A stretch of 63,679 nt of DNA, the filler included, from Collodictyon triciliatum (taxonomy: Eukaryota): assembly GCA_043381765.1 (NCBI GenBank). It is 6 parts of 6 records of this genome, joined end to end, with 100 filler letters (N's around TTAATTAATTAA, not from the genome) between each part and the next. Parts side by side here need not be neighbours in the genome. Positions count along the whole stretch, not along the records: positions 10,708 to 21,226 come from JBHJMP010002646.1; positions 21,327 to 31,848 come from JBHJMP010002647.1; positions 31,949 to 42,465 come from JBHJMP010002648.1; 3 more parts are not named here. One strand, written 5' to 3'. A model generated the notes under the pieces. It ran no database searches. It was not told the origin of the DNA and worked only from the letters and a program-made list of their open reading frames with translations. This document shows, one piece after another, positions 12,497 to 32,849 of this stretch. The position numbers and the translations under genes were made by a program. Position 1 is the first letter of the stretch. Every line of letters begins with the position of its first letter.

Positions 12497-15400
12497 ATGT
12501 CACAGCCTCCACTCTCCGCCCGCCAATCAGTCGTGTCCACGTCCTCAAACTCGTCTTCGTCTTCGTCTTCCCAGTCAACATCCACAAACCAAGGTGTCAA
12601 TGTGGGTGTTGTAGTTCGCTGTCGGTGAGTAGTTCAAGCATACTTTGCATTCCACAAAAAAAAGGAGAAAACGCTCTTGATATACTGCACAAATAAACAC
12701 TAAGAAAACGACAATAATAAAATAAAGAATAAAGAATAAATCATGAATAATTAAAATAGCAAGAATAATAAGCATTAGAGCTGATATGAATAACCGCATA
12801 ATTGACAACTTAATTATGAATCAAACGATGAAACTCTAAGGCCACAAAATACTCAATAAAAGAAATCAATCAAAGGTATGAATGAACAAACATGAAAAAA
12901 AAAACAATTAAATATATAACAAAAAAAATAAAAAAATAAAAAATAAAAAAATAAAAAATAAAAAAATAAAAAATAAAAAATAAAAAAATAAAAAAATAAA
13001 AAATAAAAAAAGAAGGAAAAAAAGGACAAGTCCATCACATGTGAATACACAAGCTTCCAACCAACGACATACACCCAACACCCCTGCCCAGCCCGCCCAG
13101 CGAAGGGGAGAAGGCAGAGCTGAGTCCGCTGGCCATCGTGTGCTCCAGCAGCCGGCGGGAGGTGCAGGCGAGCCAGACGGCCGGCGGGAAGGAGAGCAGC
13201 CGCAGCTTCCACTTCGACAGCGTGCTGGGCCCGTCGGCCACGCAGCAGGACGTGTACGAGAGCGCGGTGCGGCCGCTGGTGGAGGAGGTTCTGAAGGGCT
13301 TCAACTGCACGGTCTTTGTGTACGGGCAGACGGGGACGGGCAAGACGTTCACGATGGAGGGCGACCGCCGCAGAGGCTCCGTCCACGCAGGCGTCATCCC
13401 CCGCGCCGTCCACCACATCTTCGAGGCTCTCGAGCAGGGCGACCACGACTACAGCGTCCGCGTCTCCTTCATCGAGCTCTACAACGAGGAGCTGCACGAC
13501 CTGCTGGCGGCCGAGCAGCGGCCCATGCGTCTCTTCGAGGACCGCGGGGTCGGCTGCAAGGTCAGTCCCCTCGACGAGGTCTCCGTGGCAAACGCCGACG
13601 AGATCTTTGCCATCCTCGATGCCAGTTATCAGAAGCGTGCCACGGCCGAGACCGCCCTCAACAAGGCCTCCAGGTACGGGTGCTTGCTGCGCTTGCCTTT
13701 GGCTGCTCTTGAGCTGGGCTGCCGGGGTTTTTGTTTGTTTGTTTGTTTGTTTGTTTGTTTGTTTGTTTGTTTGTTTGTTTGTTTGTTTGTTTGTTTGTTT
13801 GTTTGTTTGTTTGTTTGTTTGTTTGTGGTGGTGGTGGATGTGATGGGTGTGATGGGTGTGATGGGTGTGATGGATGTGATGGATGTGATGGGTGTGATGG
13901 ATGTGATGGGTGTGATGGATGTGATGGGTGTGATGGATGTGATGGGTGTGATGGATGTGATGGATGTGATGGATGTGATGGATGTGATGGATGTGATGGA
14001 TGTGATGGATGTGATGGATGTGATGGATGTGGTGGATGTGGTGGATGCGATACTTCTGATAGTTTTTTTTCACCTGTCATTCCCCAACACCTAAACTAAT
14101 ATGGGACATTCTTGATTGGCTTCATTACGTATAGCATTCCCGCTACATTTTATTTTCATATATGTGAAGACGGAGCTTAAACTCTTGCTGTACACGTTAT
14201 AGTCGCTCTCACTGCATCTTTACGCTCACGCTCCATATGAAGGAGACCGGTCTCGATGGAGACGATTTTATGAAGGTGGGAAAACTCAATCTTGTCGACT
14301 TGGCTGGCTCTGAGAGCGTCGGACGTTCGAAAGCTGTTAACCAAGTAAGAACCATGTTTTGTGCTTTTCTTCTTCCCAGAGGCACCTCATTTCTGGAGAT
14401 AGTTCACTTTTCTATCATTTCATGACTCTGCCGGTGATGCTTTTTTTTTTTTTTTTTTGGGGGGGGGGGGTTGGGGGTTTATTTTTTTTTTTTTCCCAAA
14501 AAATTTTTTTTTTTTAAAATCCNNNNNNNNNNTTTTTTTTTTTTTTTGGGTGGGGGGATTGAGGCTATAATCACTGCTAGACACCAAAAATTATTTACTC
14601 TGTAATGGCCCCGCATTAAACTAATGCCTCATTCAACCAAGGATATCATTGTTTTCTCAGAATACAACATATTTGCTTAGATGACTCCTGTGAATTTAAT
14701 ATGTTGATACCTTGATATATAATCATTATTATTACGTTTAGAGAGCGCGAGAGGCAGGTATGATTAACCAGAGTCTTCTTACTCTCGGCCGCGTAATTAC
14801 ATCGCTGACGGAGCACAACTCTCATATTCCCTACCGGTATTTGCGTTATCCTCCTTTCAAACTGAGATGCGAATCATTTATGAACACTAGTGATAAAATA
14901 GACGTTGATATATGGCCATAATGATAATAACAATAATAATAAAGATAACCATTTATTTACTGACTCATGGTTTTATTGTCTTTTGAACTTGATACAGAGA
15001 AAGTAAACTCACAAGACTTCTTCAAGAGTCGCTAGGAGGTCGTGCAAAAACATGTATAATTGCCACGATTTCTCCTGCAGCAAATTGCATCGAGGAGACG
15101 ATGAAGTACGCTCCCAGTCTTACAAACATTGTTACGAAACATGCATGTCTTATAAGTAGTGTCACAAATCTGAATGAGTTCCTCCTTTAAGAGAAATATT
15201 AATCCTCTTTATGCTACATCGCAGTACGCTCGACTATGCCTACCGCGCAAAGAACATAAAGAATAAGCCAGAAGTCAACCAGAAAATGACAAAGAAGACT
15301 CTCATCAAGGAATATGTCAGCGAGATCGAAAAGCTGAAAATGGAACTCATGGTAGGATACAAACTCGAATAATGCAATTCTAAATTATGTACTATTTTCG

Positions 15401-18400
15401 ACTCTTCTCGATGCCATCGTGGCTTTATGTAGCAAAGATTAGTAAAGGAGTTTCTGGCATTCAATTAATTCCCAATCGACATGTTTTGCGATTTTAGACC
15501 GCTAGAGAAAAGGGAGGAGTATATCTTCCCTTTGAGACGTTCCGTGGGATGGAGACTCAAATCAAGTCCATGCGAGAGCAGGTTACCGACCTCGAAGGTT
15601 AGCCCAGAAACATACATTTATTTTATTATTGTCATTCATCGCATTCAGAGTGCGTTTCAAAATATCTTCAATCAAGCGCATGGAAGCGTAGCCTCATGAT
15701 TGTTAACATTCATCCCATATTACAAAGCAGAACAAGTGACCTTGGAATTGTATTTTTTTTATTTTAGGTCAACTTGACACCAGAGATAAGTCTCTTGCTC
15801 ACGCTAAGGCTCTCTTCGACTCAAAAGAAGCAGAACTAAACTCTGAACGAAGTGCGCACCACGTCACCAAGGGCGAGCTAAGTCAGACCACTCATCATCT
15901 CCAGGTTAGAATATAAATCTAATATGAATGCAAGCTTCTTGTGTTTGTGCAGTTGAATTTTACCACTCTTCTCAGGCTGCGTACATGTCTGCTATAAATG
16001 CCTACTATGTCACTTTTTTTTACACGATGACGACTATTTTGATTCACAAATGTTGTAGGTCTGCAGTCAGCAGCTGAAAGAAGCGAAGAACTCCCTTCAA
16101 GAAAAAACTGGTAATTATTTATCGATGCTTTCCTTGACATGCTGCGCCCAACTGATTCAAATATCCCTCTTAGATATGTCTGGTTAACATGGCAATTTTT
16201 ACTCTTTTTATACATCTACGTTCTAGTCCTACTTCATGAGCATCAGAGAACAGAAGACAACCTCCATAATGAAGGCAAGCACCTTATAACTTGTGTCGAA
16301 GAGAGCACAAATGATATTCTTGGATTATTTGCAAAAATAGGTAATCAAAGTTTATTCACAGTCAATTGACTATTGCCAGTACTTTATGCTATTCAATCAG
16401 ACACGCTACTCTTTTCATTTATTTGCTTCTTTTATATCACCCTTCGCTTTCTTTATTTTTATTGTCCTCTCCTTTCAAGTTGAGGTAGCAATACCCAAAA
16501 AAAAATTGTACGTCCGCTAATCATGTTCTTTTTGTTGGATTCCTCACCATAGATCGCAAGGCTTCTGTCGAACAACTAAATATGGCAGTTATTCAAGACA
16601 CGAACGCAAAGATATATTACATCATGCAACAATCCGATAGGTAAAAGGAATATTACCTTCCTAGCCTCCAACAATTTTTCTCGTTTTTTCTTTATTCTTC
16701 ATTCTGCGTCGGTATTTGCAGAACTATTGTTATGCCATGAATAACCTAATTCCAGGAAAGTCGCTGGGCAATAGATAATATTTGTAATCTACAGGGCCTC
16801 TCTTGATTTCAAGAAGAGTATGGAAGAAATATCTGCTTCGTATATCCATCGCCTTGGTGAGTTCATAGAACTACGGACGAAAGCTACTCAACACCAATCA
16901 TCAGAGACCCAAAGGAAATGCCATTCCGTGCTGGGGCTTGTCGAGAAAATACACGCCATATATTTGTCGATGTACCAGGGGTCCTTGACTGCTTCAGCCG
17001 AGGCTATCAGCTCCGTGCAACAACTTTGGTGGGTATCTTATCCCAAAAAAATAGTTAAACAAACACTTTAATCCATCCATTCTTTAACTGATTTTACATC
17101 AGCCTATTTACGGTTTACTTTTCACATCTTAGCATCGATATCTCTTCCAAGTTGAATGAAATGATCGAAAATGCTGACCACCAAGCAGCAAGCGCGTCTG
17201 AGTGCGTGCAAAGTGAGAAAGAGCATGTTGATAACTGGATCAATGCCCAACGCTTGATCGCCCAACAATACATGGCACAGACAATCGCCACTACCCGTTC
17301 TTACGTTGAACAAGTCGCAAAGGTCCAGTCTACTCTGTCTACAGCGATGAAGGAACAGGTACGAGCATTAATTAATTAATTAATTAATAATAATAAGAAT
17401 AATAAAAATATTAATAAAAATAGATACTATCCTTCTCTTCTTGGTTGTGCATCATATCATTTCTCAATATTTTGTAATTTAGGAAGCTAAAATGTTGCAA
17501 GAAAAACTCATCCATACCAATGACATGAAAGAGCACAAGCAGAGAACTGATCGCCTGAAAGCAATATTTGTAAACAAACTGCAGGTAACAATTATTTAAT
17601 TGTTGTAGTTTGTCTAACCTTTTTCATTCTCTTTAGGAATCGTTATAAAAAAAAACAACTTATCTTTTATGTCCCTAGGAGCTCCAATCAACTGTTTTGT
17701 CAAACATGGAGGCAAACGAAGAAGCAACTGCTTCATCTACCACCGCATTCCATCAGAGAGGTGATGAGCAACTGTCACATCTAAAGAAAACACACGACGA
17801 ATCTCAGAAGGTAAAATTTATAGCACAGTTTCCAGGAAATATTCAACTCTTTTGAAGACCATCCTAGCACCTTGTGAAGGGATTGTGCATTAATGAAAGT
17901 GCCTTTGTGCTAATTCTAAACATAAATACAATTCGTACATCCTCTGTGCTCCATCATAAGCTCATCACTCAATCTTTGGGACATATTCAAAATATTGACT
18001 CCGGCTGCCAAGCTCTTGGAGCAACGACGTAAGTTACCACTATATCTTCCGTGAACCGCTTACAGCTTTCTAATGCTATCGTATTGTCGTGCTACGCCTC
18101 ATTTTGTCGCCAAACCTACTATACATGTGTTTACTATACTGTATGTCTATCTCGACAGGATGGAGCAGTTGGACACTCTTTCAAGCTTCATGGAGACAAA
18201 CTCAGCTCAATCACTTGAAAAAGTCGGAAATATTTCGCGTTGTTTGTCTCAGTTTAGAGACAAAAGAATTCATCCTGTCTTCTCCGAGCAACAATATAAG
18301 ATGCAGCGACTTGGCGAAGACGGTTTGCTTTGACTGAAAATACACGCCTTCTCACGACTTTAGTCAACATATATTTTTTTTTGAACCCATAGCACACACT

Positions 18401-19454
18401 ACTCCTGAATGCCTTTTTTTATAGAACAATCTCGGGTTGCCTCTAATCGGGACGACTTCCAAGGGATGCTCCAATCCATCGCTGAGCAAAATCAAATGCT
18501 CTCGGCAGAATCAAGAGATCTATCTAGAGATAGCTGTTCAAAAGATTTTGCTTTCTACGAAAAAGAGCAAGGCTTCTCATCAGAATCGATAGATAAGTGT
18601 AGTCAAGCGACAGCCGTAGTCACTCATCATAACGCCGCGGCATTGAGACTCATGGAGGGCTATAAGTCCAACTTGCATGTACGTTACCGATGCAACATAA
18701 AATTCCCATTACATTTTTTTTAGGGGAATCGACTTTCAGTTCATTATAACCTTGAAATGTCCCAAAGCGCTTTAAGCACTTGGACTACACAGTGACATGA
18801 GTATGCAGAAAAGGAGGCAATATAACACAAAATGTACGAATCAAGAGCGATTTACCCAATCCTAATTAATTATTGGTTACACAAATCAAAACCCAAAGGT
18901 CGACATCACCACAGGGGAAACACCGAAAAAAAGGCAGTATTCCTACCCAACCTCTCTGTCCGCCACACGCCCACACCAAGAAATCCTCAAGGCATTTTAT
19001 AGCAATTCACCTGAGTTGTCACCTCAGTATGTTTATATTTTTCGACTAGTAAATTCAAAAAATCAATAATTTATTCTACCTTTTGATGATGCTATATCAA
19101 TTGTATCTCATCCATCTAACTCTAACTCGTTGTGTGTCAATAACCTACGAATATGCATGGCTCAATTTTCCGTATCTGATGCGACCTAATGAATTTAAAA
19201 AATCAGAGACGAGAACACACCTGGTAAGTAGAATTTTAATGGATGTACTCGATTCATTGAGTTATCTGATTTATTTATCCCTAACTGCCTCTTGTTATCT
19301 GCATTCACAAATGAGATGTTTTTACACCTGTTTAACATTTTCCATTGTGTTTCTCGCAGTCCAATCATCATCTGAGAAAGTGAAGGGAAAAAACCCGAGC
19401 CACCCTGAAAGCCGCCGTGTCGTTCTTGGTGATGTTGACGCAAATATTATGTAG
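12497..19454 (+). CDS. KIF11: Kinesin-5 (BimC/Eg5/KIF11 family) mitotic motor, multi-exon
   Basis: [134 protein letters not shown], a coiled-coil stalk, and a BimC-box [19 protein letters not shown]. Stop ends at 19454. Confidence 0.95.
13730..14046. repeat. Compound intronic repeat: (GTTT)n followed by (GGATGTGAT/GGGTGTGAT)n
   Basis: Direct reading; it explains several long low-complexity ORFs in the track. Confidence 0.92.
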
Positions 19455-19836
19455 AGCGACCAAGGGCCGCACACCAAAAACCCACAACTCTTTTATTTTG
19501 CCCTATCTTCTATCTTGCATCTTTTCAGTTACAAAGAGGAAAGAGCAGTGAAACCCTGCGAACCTTTTCTAATTGAAGCTAGTTCGGGAAACAAGTATGT
19601 GGAAAGCTTGAAATACTCAACGGCATTGGAAAGGAAAGTGGTGGTTCAATTTTGTAAATAAAAAGACTCACATAATACTGAAGAAAATAACGCTAATATT
19701 AATTTTAAGTAAAGGTTCGCCAGAGGTGCGAAAAATATATATATTTTTATCATTTGTGTGATTGTGAGACACTAAGGATTCCGCTATATAAAACTCTTTC
19801 ACATCCCAGGAATTTTCGGATGTACATTAGCCTCAT

Positions 19837-21079
19837 TTATTTTCTTGCGTTGCGAGAATCTTTGTGAGATGTTGCTGAATCCCTTTTAGATTTTTGTACC
19901 TCAGATGCACGAACAGCCATGTGGTACTACGTTTGGTATTGAAAGTAAGTCAAGAAGTAAATCAAAAGAATGATTCCATAGGAAAGATTTAAGTTTATAT
20001 CAATACTTTAATCAAAACAGTATGCGTAGGGTATGGCGATTTGACTTTGTGCTTTCTCAAGTGAATTGAAAACAAAAAACGAAAGAGTATGGCTACATTC
20101 ATATGACTTACCTTCCACTTCATAAGTTTTCTCTTCTGTTGTTCTAGAGCGTCCTTCGCCTGTAGTGTTACAGATTGGGTCATTTGTTTGTATCAAGACA
20201 CTTTGCTTGACTTACTGATCGAATAAGCAGATTCTAATTATACATACTAAAAAAAGGGGATGAATTATCTAGAGTTTCATCCCTCACTGTATCGTGTGCA
20301 TTACCTCTTCCATGGATATCCCCTGTCCGATTTTTGAAGATACAATTACAGGTTGCACTAGCTTAGCCATAATCTTCGGGTCTCGATATGCCTCTTTTTT
20401 AACTCTGTCCTGCCTTTCTCCGCCTCGTGCCCCAGTGTTTGTCGCGGTCTCTGGAACGGGTTTTCCAGCGAGTTTAAGGCGTATTCTTTCGGCAGTGGTC
20501 AGCTCTTTTTCAGCGCCTACATGACAATATTTTATTAGAGATTCAGTATGTAAACCACTATCACGTGAAAACAATCAGAGTAGGATTCATAGATGATTAT
20601 TTTATTAGACCTGAATTATCGAGCGCTTTTGTTTCTTCATCTTCTGCAGGCGGAGGTGGCGGGATAAATCCGTTGTCAAATGCGTGTGTCTCGTTTGTAT
20701 CATATTCTTCAGCAGGTGGCGGTGGTGGAATACTCGATATGCCTGTGCATGTGTTTCAGTGGTGTGGTATTTTTGAAGCAAGTATATTTATATAGGTCGG
20801 CGGGATTGATTCTGATGTAGGGTATGAGTATGAAACTTTCCGTACTGCGCTTCTTTTGGGACATGTAGGGTTTTATTTCGGGCGTGTCGTCATTCTGCGG
20901 TGATTCGGAATCTTTGAACAGTGCAATAGATAGATTTACCAAAGTTAAACTGCTTTACCTCGTGACAGAGAAGGATATTGAAATACTAATATTGACTATC
21001 ACACTTAATTATGCAGTAATATGGGCCGTAAATAGCTTACAATTGTCCTTTGCTGTAAACTTTCGTCGGGATGAGGTGT
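19837..21079 (-). CDS. Hypothetical protein, C-terminal exons only (two PPPPAE motifs, basic C-terminus); 5'-truncated
   Basis: GT-AG-bounded exons: SESPQNDDTPEIKPYMSQKK, GISSIPPPPPAEEYD..FIPPPPAEDEETK, AEKELTTAERIRLKLAGKPVP..GISMEE|AKDALEQQKRKLMKWK|YHMAVRASEV..RNARK-stop. No family recognised. Confidence 0.55.
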
Positions 21080-21226
21080 CTATGTAGTTCATGATGCAAT
21101 CACAGTCACTTGATGGGTTTTACTGTTTGTTTATAGGTTTTATTGGTTTTTTTATTGGTTTTTTTATTGGTTTTTTTATTGGTTTTTTTATTGGTTTTTT
21201 TTTTTTGGTTTTTTTTATTGGTTTTT

Positions 21227-21326
21227 NNNNNNNNNNNNNNNNNNNNNNNNNNNNNNNNNNNNNNNNNNNNTTAATTAATTAANNNNNNNNNNNNNNNNNN
21301 NNNNNNNNNNNNNNNNNNNNNNNNNN
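21227..21326. other. Artificial contig spacer
   Basis: 44 N + TTAATTAATTAA + 44 N. Confidence 0.97.
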
Positions 21327-21540
21327 AAAAAAAAAAAAACAAAAAAAAAAAAAACAAAAAAACAAAAAACAAAAAACAAAAAACAGAAAAAGCAAAAACA
21401 AAAAACAAAAAACAAAAAAAACAAAAAAACAAAAAAACAAAAAGCTGAAAAAAGATAATAAGATAAAAATGAAAAAGATAAATATTGGTGTTGGTGATGT
21501 AATTCATGAGAGACACGTATAACTATGGTCATATTGTAGC

Positions 21541-26721
<5,181 letters not shown>

Positions 26722-27433
26722 CATTTTATTTTTGTTCGCTTTTCTCTATCTTCTGTGACTTTTTTTTTAAAAAAACAAACAAACAAAAAAAAAACGAATT
26801 GCTCAAACTGTTTGAATTGTTTTCATCCATTATGCACCCTTGTTGGTGAATGTTATGAAAAAAACAAAACAAAAAACAGTCGCATATTTATATGGTGGCG
26901 CAATGAAGTACATGTTTCATATTCTAATTTTGTGCTATATACATCTGTATCTTGAAGCGAAGTTTAGTTAACAAACAAACATATAAATTAATAAATCTTC
27001 TATAAAATAGGTTGAAGATAGACACAGCAGCTGCAGCTGCGTCGAAAGGGCAATGACAGCCGTCCGCTTTATATCGCACTCTCTTCTCTGTCTTTATACT
27101 TTTATTTGGCTTTATATTTCCTTTCTGGAGGCCTTGGCGCTACTGCGACATCTGCTGTGTTTGTCATGTGAAAATCTTGACTTCAAAAGTCATATTCATT
27201 CCTCACTCATAACACCCGGGTTTGGAGACTGAATAAAACAAACAACAACAAAAAGATCAAAAACACAAGACAAAACAAACAAAACAAAACAAACAAAAGA
27301 GAACAAAAAGAAAACAAAAACCAATATATATATATATATATAGACAGCTTTATACCAGAACCAGACCTAGTATCGGCCGCTGCAGTGAATAACCCATGAA
27401 TCATAAAAACACTTAGGAGCAAAGAGAAAGTCG

Positions 27434-29702
<2,269 letters not shown>

Positions 29703-30400
29703 ATAAATAAAAACACAAAAAGACCCAAAAAGAGTAATGATACCAAATAAGTATTCTAAAAGAAGTAACTGTGTGACTAATTTCGTGAACGGAAAATTTG
29801 CAGCTTCTACGCCATCACAGGATAATAGCAGCAAACCGAACTCGAAGAAGGAGGAAACCCACGAGTCTCTCTCGGCGCAGAAAACCGCATCCCACACAAC
29901 CGCACGTGCCCCCCAACCACAGAAGTTGCTCAGAATGACCGGAGTCGCGTAAGAACCCACCAATCAATATATCCCCGCTCAGTGGGCTTGGCTCATCCCT
30001 CGCTCCCCGAGACCCTGAAAAGAGGGCTCGCCCACCCTGTGTCTACCACACAATCGAATCGAACCTCCTGGAGGCTATCTTCTTTCCACATAAATAAGGA
30101 TTGGGAAGGATTGGGAAGGATTGGGAAGGATTGGTCTGATTTAGTGAGAACTTTACCACACCAAAGACATTGTATCGTGCTCAATGGATCACGACAGAAA
30201 TGAATCACGAAAAATAACTCCAACCCAACTCAAATTTTGGGGCTTCCTTCTCTCGAACCAATCAACCCCCTTCCCCAATCAAATCCGATGGCCATGCAGC
30301 ATCAATTTTAAGAGTCCCTTCGCCCCAAGGCCAAAAGAACCAACTTCCCACCGAACAACATTAATCTAACAAAGAAACAACCAACCTGTCTCTTCTTTCT

Positions 30401-31435
30401 ATGTCCCTCTCTCTTGCGAGGCATCTGGCATTCTGCACTCGCCTCATCAACCATTTCGCCTCCCCACTCACAATCTGGTCTACCCAGCAAGAAAGAAATG
30501 AAAAGAAGCAATTAAGCGTCCTTAACAAACGTAGCCCTGTCTCTGAAACCCTACTCAAGAAGCGCCAGCGCAGGAGCAATGGCTCTCTCCTCAAGGCTGC
30601 CAAAGCCGCCACCCTATTCAAAGCCCGCGCGCTCAGGAGCCGCTCCACCTTCAAGAGACCTGAGGAAATCCTGCAGGCGTACCGCATAACAGAGAGCCAG
30701 TCCAACAAATTCACCCGCGCCTTAAAAACAAAAGACAGAGTCGTCGGCCCTTCTGAACCCAAGCTCTTCTTTATGATCCGCTTCCGCATTTCCAATCAGC
30801 TTCACTCATAAATCACCAGAGGCTTCTGCACGCGCTGCACCTAGACCAGGAACACCAAGGCATATTTCCTGTGCTAACAAAGCCCTACATGAAAACGCTT
30901 CACCTTGTGAAGCCCTATGTTGCCTTTGGGTTTGCCTTCACACGTGTTAATCAGCTTATTTGCACATGCACCTCTCCATCTCCCCTCCAAAAATAATAAT
31001 TCAGTGATATCGTCTGCCTCGCAGGTGGCACAGCTTAATTATTGGATACTATATGCCATGTCGTCCCTTGGAACTTTAGTCCTTATATTAATTATTTGTC
31101 CGTATCTTCGATGCAGATACCCCAGCCTGAAGTCTATCCGCGACCTCATATATAAGCGCTACTTCGTCAATCGCAACGACGAGCGCGTGCCTATCACTGT
31201 CAACACGCTTATCGAGAACCTGCTGGGCAAATACAACATCATCTGCGTTGAGGACTTAATCCACGAAATCTACACATTGGGCCGCAACTTCAGGAAAGTC
31301 AGAAACCTCCTCTGGCCCTTCCAACTCTCGCCTTCGAACACAGGCCCCAGCAAGGCCAAGACCTTCTTCGCTGAGGGTGGCGACCAGGGCGACTGCGAGA
31401 ACTACATCAACAACTTTATCAGCCGCATGAACTAG
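30401..31435 (+). CDS. uL30/RPL7-family protein (divergent, RLP7-like) with an internal frameshift and stop at 30809-30811; possible pseudogene
   Basis: SETLLKKR, FKRPEE and EPKLFFMIRFR are in one frame; HQRLLHALHL..LHLVKPYVAFG is in a shifted frame. Intron 30930-31116 is followed by YPSLKSIRDLIYKR, LGKYNIICVEDLIHEIYTLG, LWPFQLS and EGGDQG..INNFISRMN-stop. The start codon is uncertain. Confidence 0.85.
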
Positions 31436-31848
31436 ACAAATCCAGCCGTGTAATCCGACCCTCCCCTCAATGTAGCTGCATCCTGCGCCACCTCAATAAA
31501 CCCTCAAACAACAAGGCAGACGGGCAGCTGTCCTCTGTCCTATTTTATATGCTGCTTTATTGGTAGGTTGGTTCTTTATCTGCGGTGTGATAAGACGGAG
31601 GCCAGACACAATACCTCCAGGATTCCCTGAGGTGTGCGATGCCTGCAACTGAGTGTGCCTTGCAATGAAACATCAACACACGCATGCTTGCCTGCTTCAC
31701 AGAGGCATATCTCCAGCAGAGGGAAGCGGTTATAAGTGAGAAAGAAAGTGGCAGAGAATGAGATAGATGTGCGGATACATAGAGAAGCGGGATTCATGCG
31801 GCGCACGAGAGGCAATGCTTTAGTAGCGCTCGACAAGCATGGCGTGAG

Positions 31849-31948
31849 NNNNNNNNNNNNNNNNNNNNNNNNNNNNNNNNNNNNNNNNNNNNTTAATTAA
31901 TTAANNNNNNNNNNNNNNNNNNNNNNNNNNNNNNNNNNNNNNNNNNNN
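31849..31948. other. Artificial contig spacer
   Basis: 44 N + TTAATTAATTAA + 44 N. Confidence 0.97.
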
Positions 31949-32037
<89 letters not shown>

Positions 32038-32849
32038 ACCACTCATTTGCAGACTCATGTGCTTCTGCTCATTATTTACAACCATGGCAGAAAGGAATAT
32101 TGAAAAATAAGGCCGCCATCCTGGCCACGCATGCATTTTTTTTGTTCCTAGCATTTTTTCAACCTTCTCGAGTATGCATATGCGATCCAAAAAAAGTCCA
32201 CCACAGATATATCAATATCTGATTTATTTATTTTACTATACTCATAAAAGGCGAATCAGTATCATTTATGTCGTTTTCCAACTTTTTTTGACTGGAAAAA
32301 AAAACTACCAGATATTTCTCAAACAAGGAAACAATTATCGTAAATAGTAAAGTGTCATGTAGCTTGATGATGTAATTACAACCCTATTTTGGCCATTATT
32401 TTATTTTTTTTGAATTCATATATTCTTAAGATCAAATCATTGTTTACATAAGCCTTGCCACAGAACATAATAAGTACAGAAAAAAATTAATTTGAAAGAG
32501 GATAGAAATGTAGAGCCCATCGCATTGGAAGAAACCACACCGAAGGAGAAGGATGACTCTATCAAAAAGCAAATTGACTGGAAAGAAAATCACACGTGCG
32601 AAAAAATGCGATGTGAGAAAAGTCAACATATGTATCTACTATATCTACTTCATGCCAAATGATAAACAAAATTTTGCCAACCGAAGAAGGTAATTTCAAC
32701 CTCGCCATTATTTTGAAGAAAAGGGTCCATCGACTCGTCAGAGAACTTACGTTATTCTTATTTCTTTATTTCCTCTTTTTATCCATGTCATATGAAAACA
32801 GGTTGCTTCTTGGTCATCTACACTTTATTCATTCTAGGAATTGTGCTAG

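Noticed and set aside
13835-14046. (GGGTGTGAT)n as telomeric repeat
   Set aside because: It is internal to an intron, has mixed units, and is not at a contig end.
12853-14099. Long ORFs of HHI, HPS, CDG, MDV and KQTN repeats
   Set aside because: They are translations of intronic microsatellites plus off-frame readings of the GC-rich kinesin exon.
29980-30135. Weak hairpin (GTGGGC..GCCCAC) and (GGATTGGGAA)x3 upstream of the RPL7-like gene
   Set aside because: The pairing is short and wobble-rich and matches no known RNA motif, so there is not enough to call.
31550-31848. Possible terminal exon of a minus-strand gene at the end of contig 3
   Set aside because: Two frames are open briefly with no recognisable motif, and the region is truncated by the spacer.
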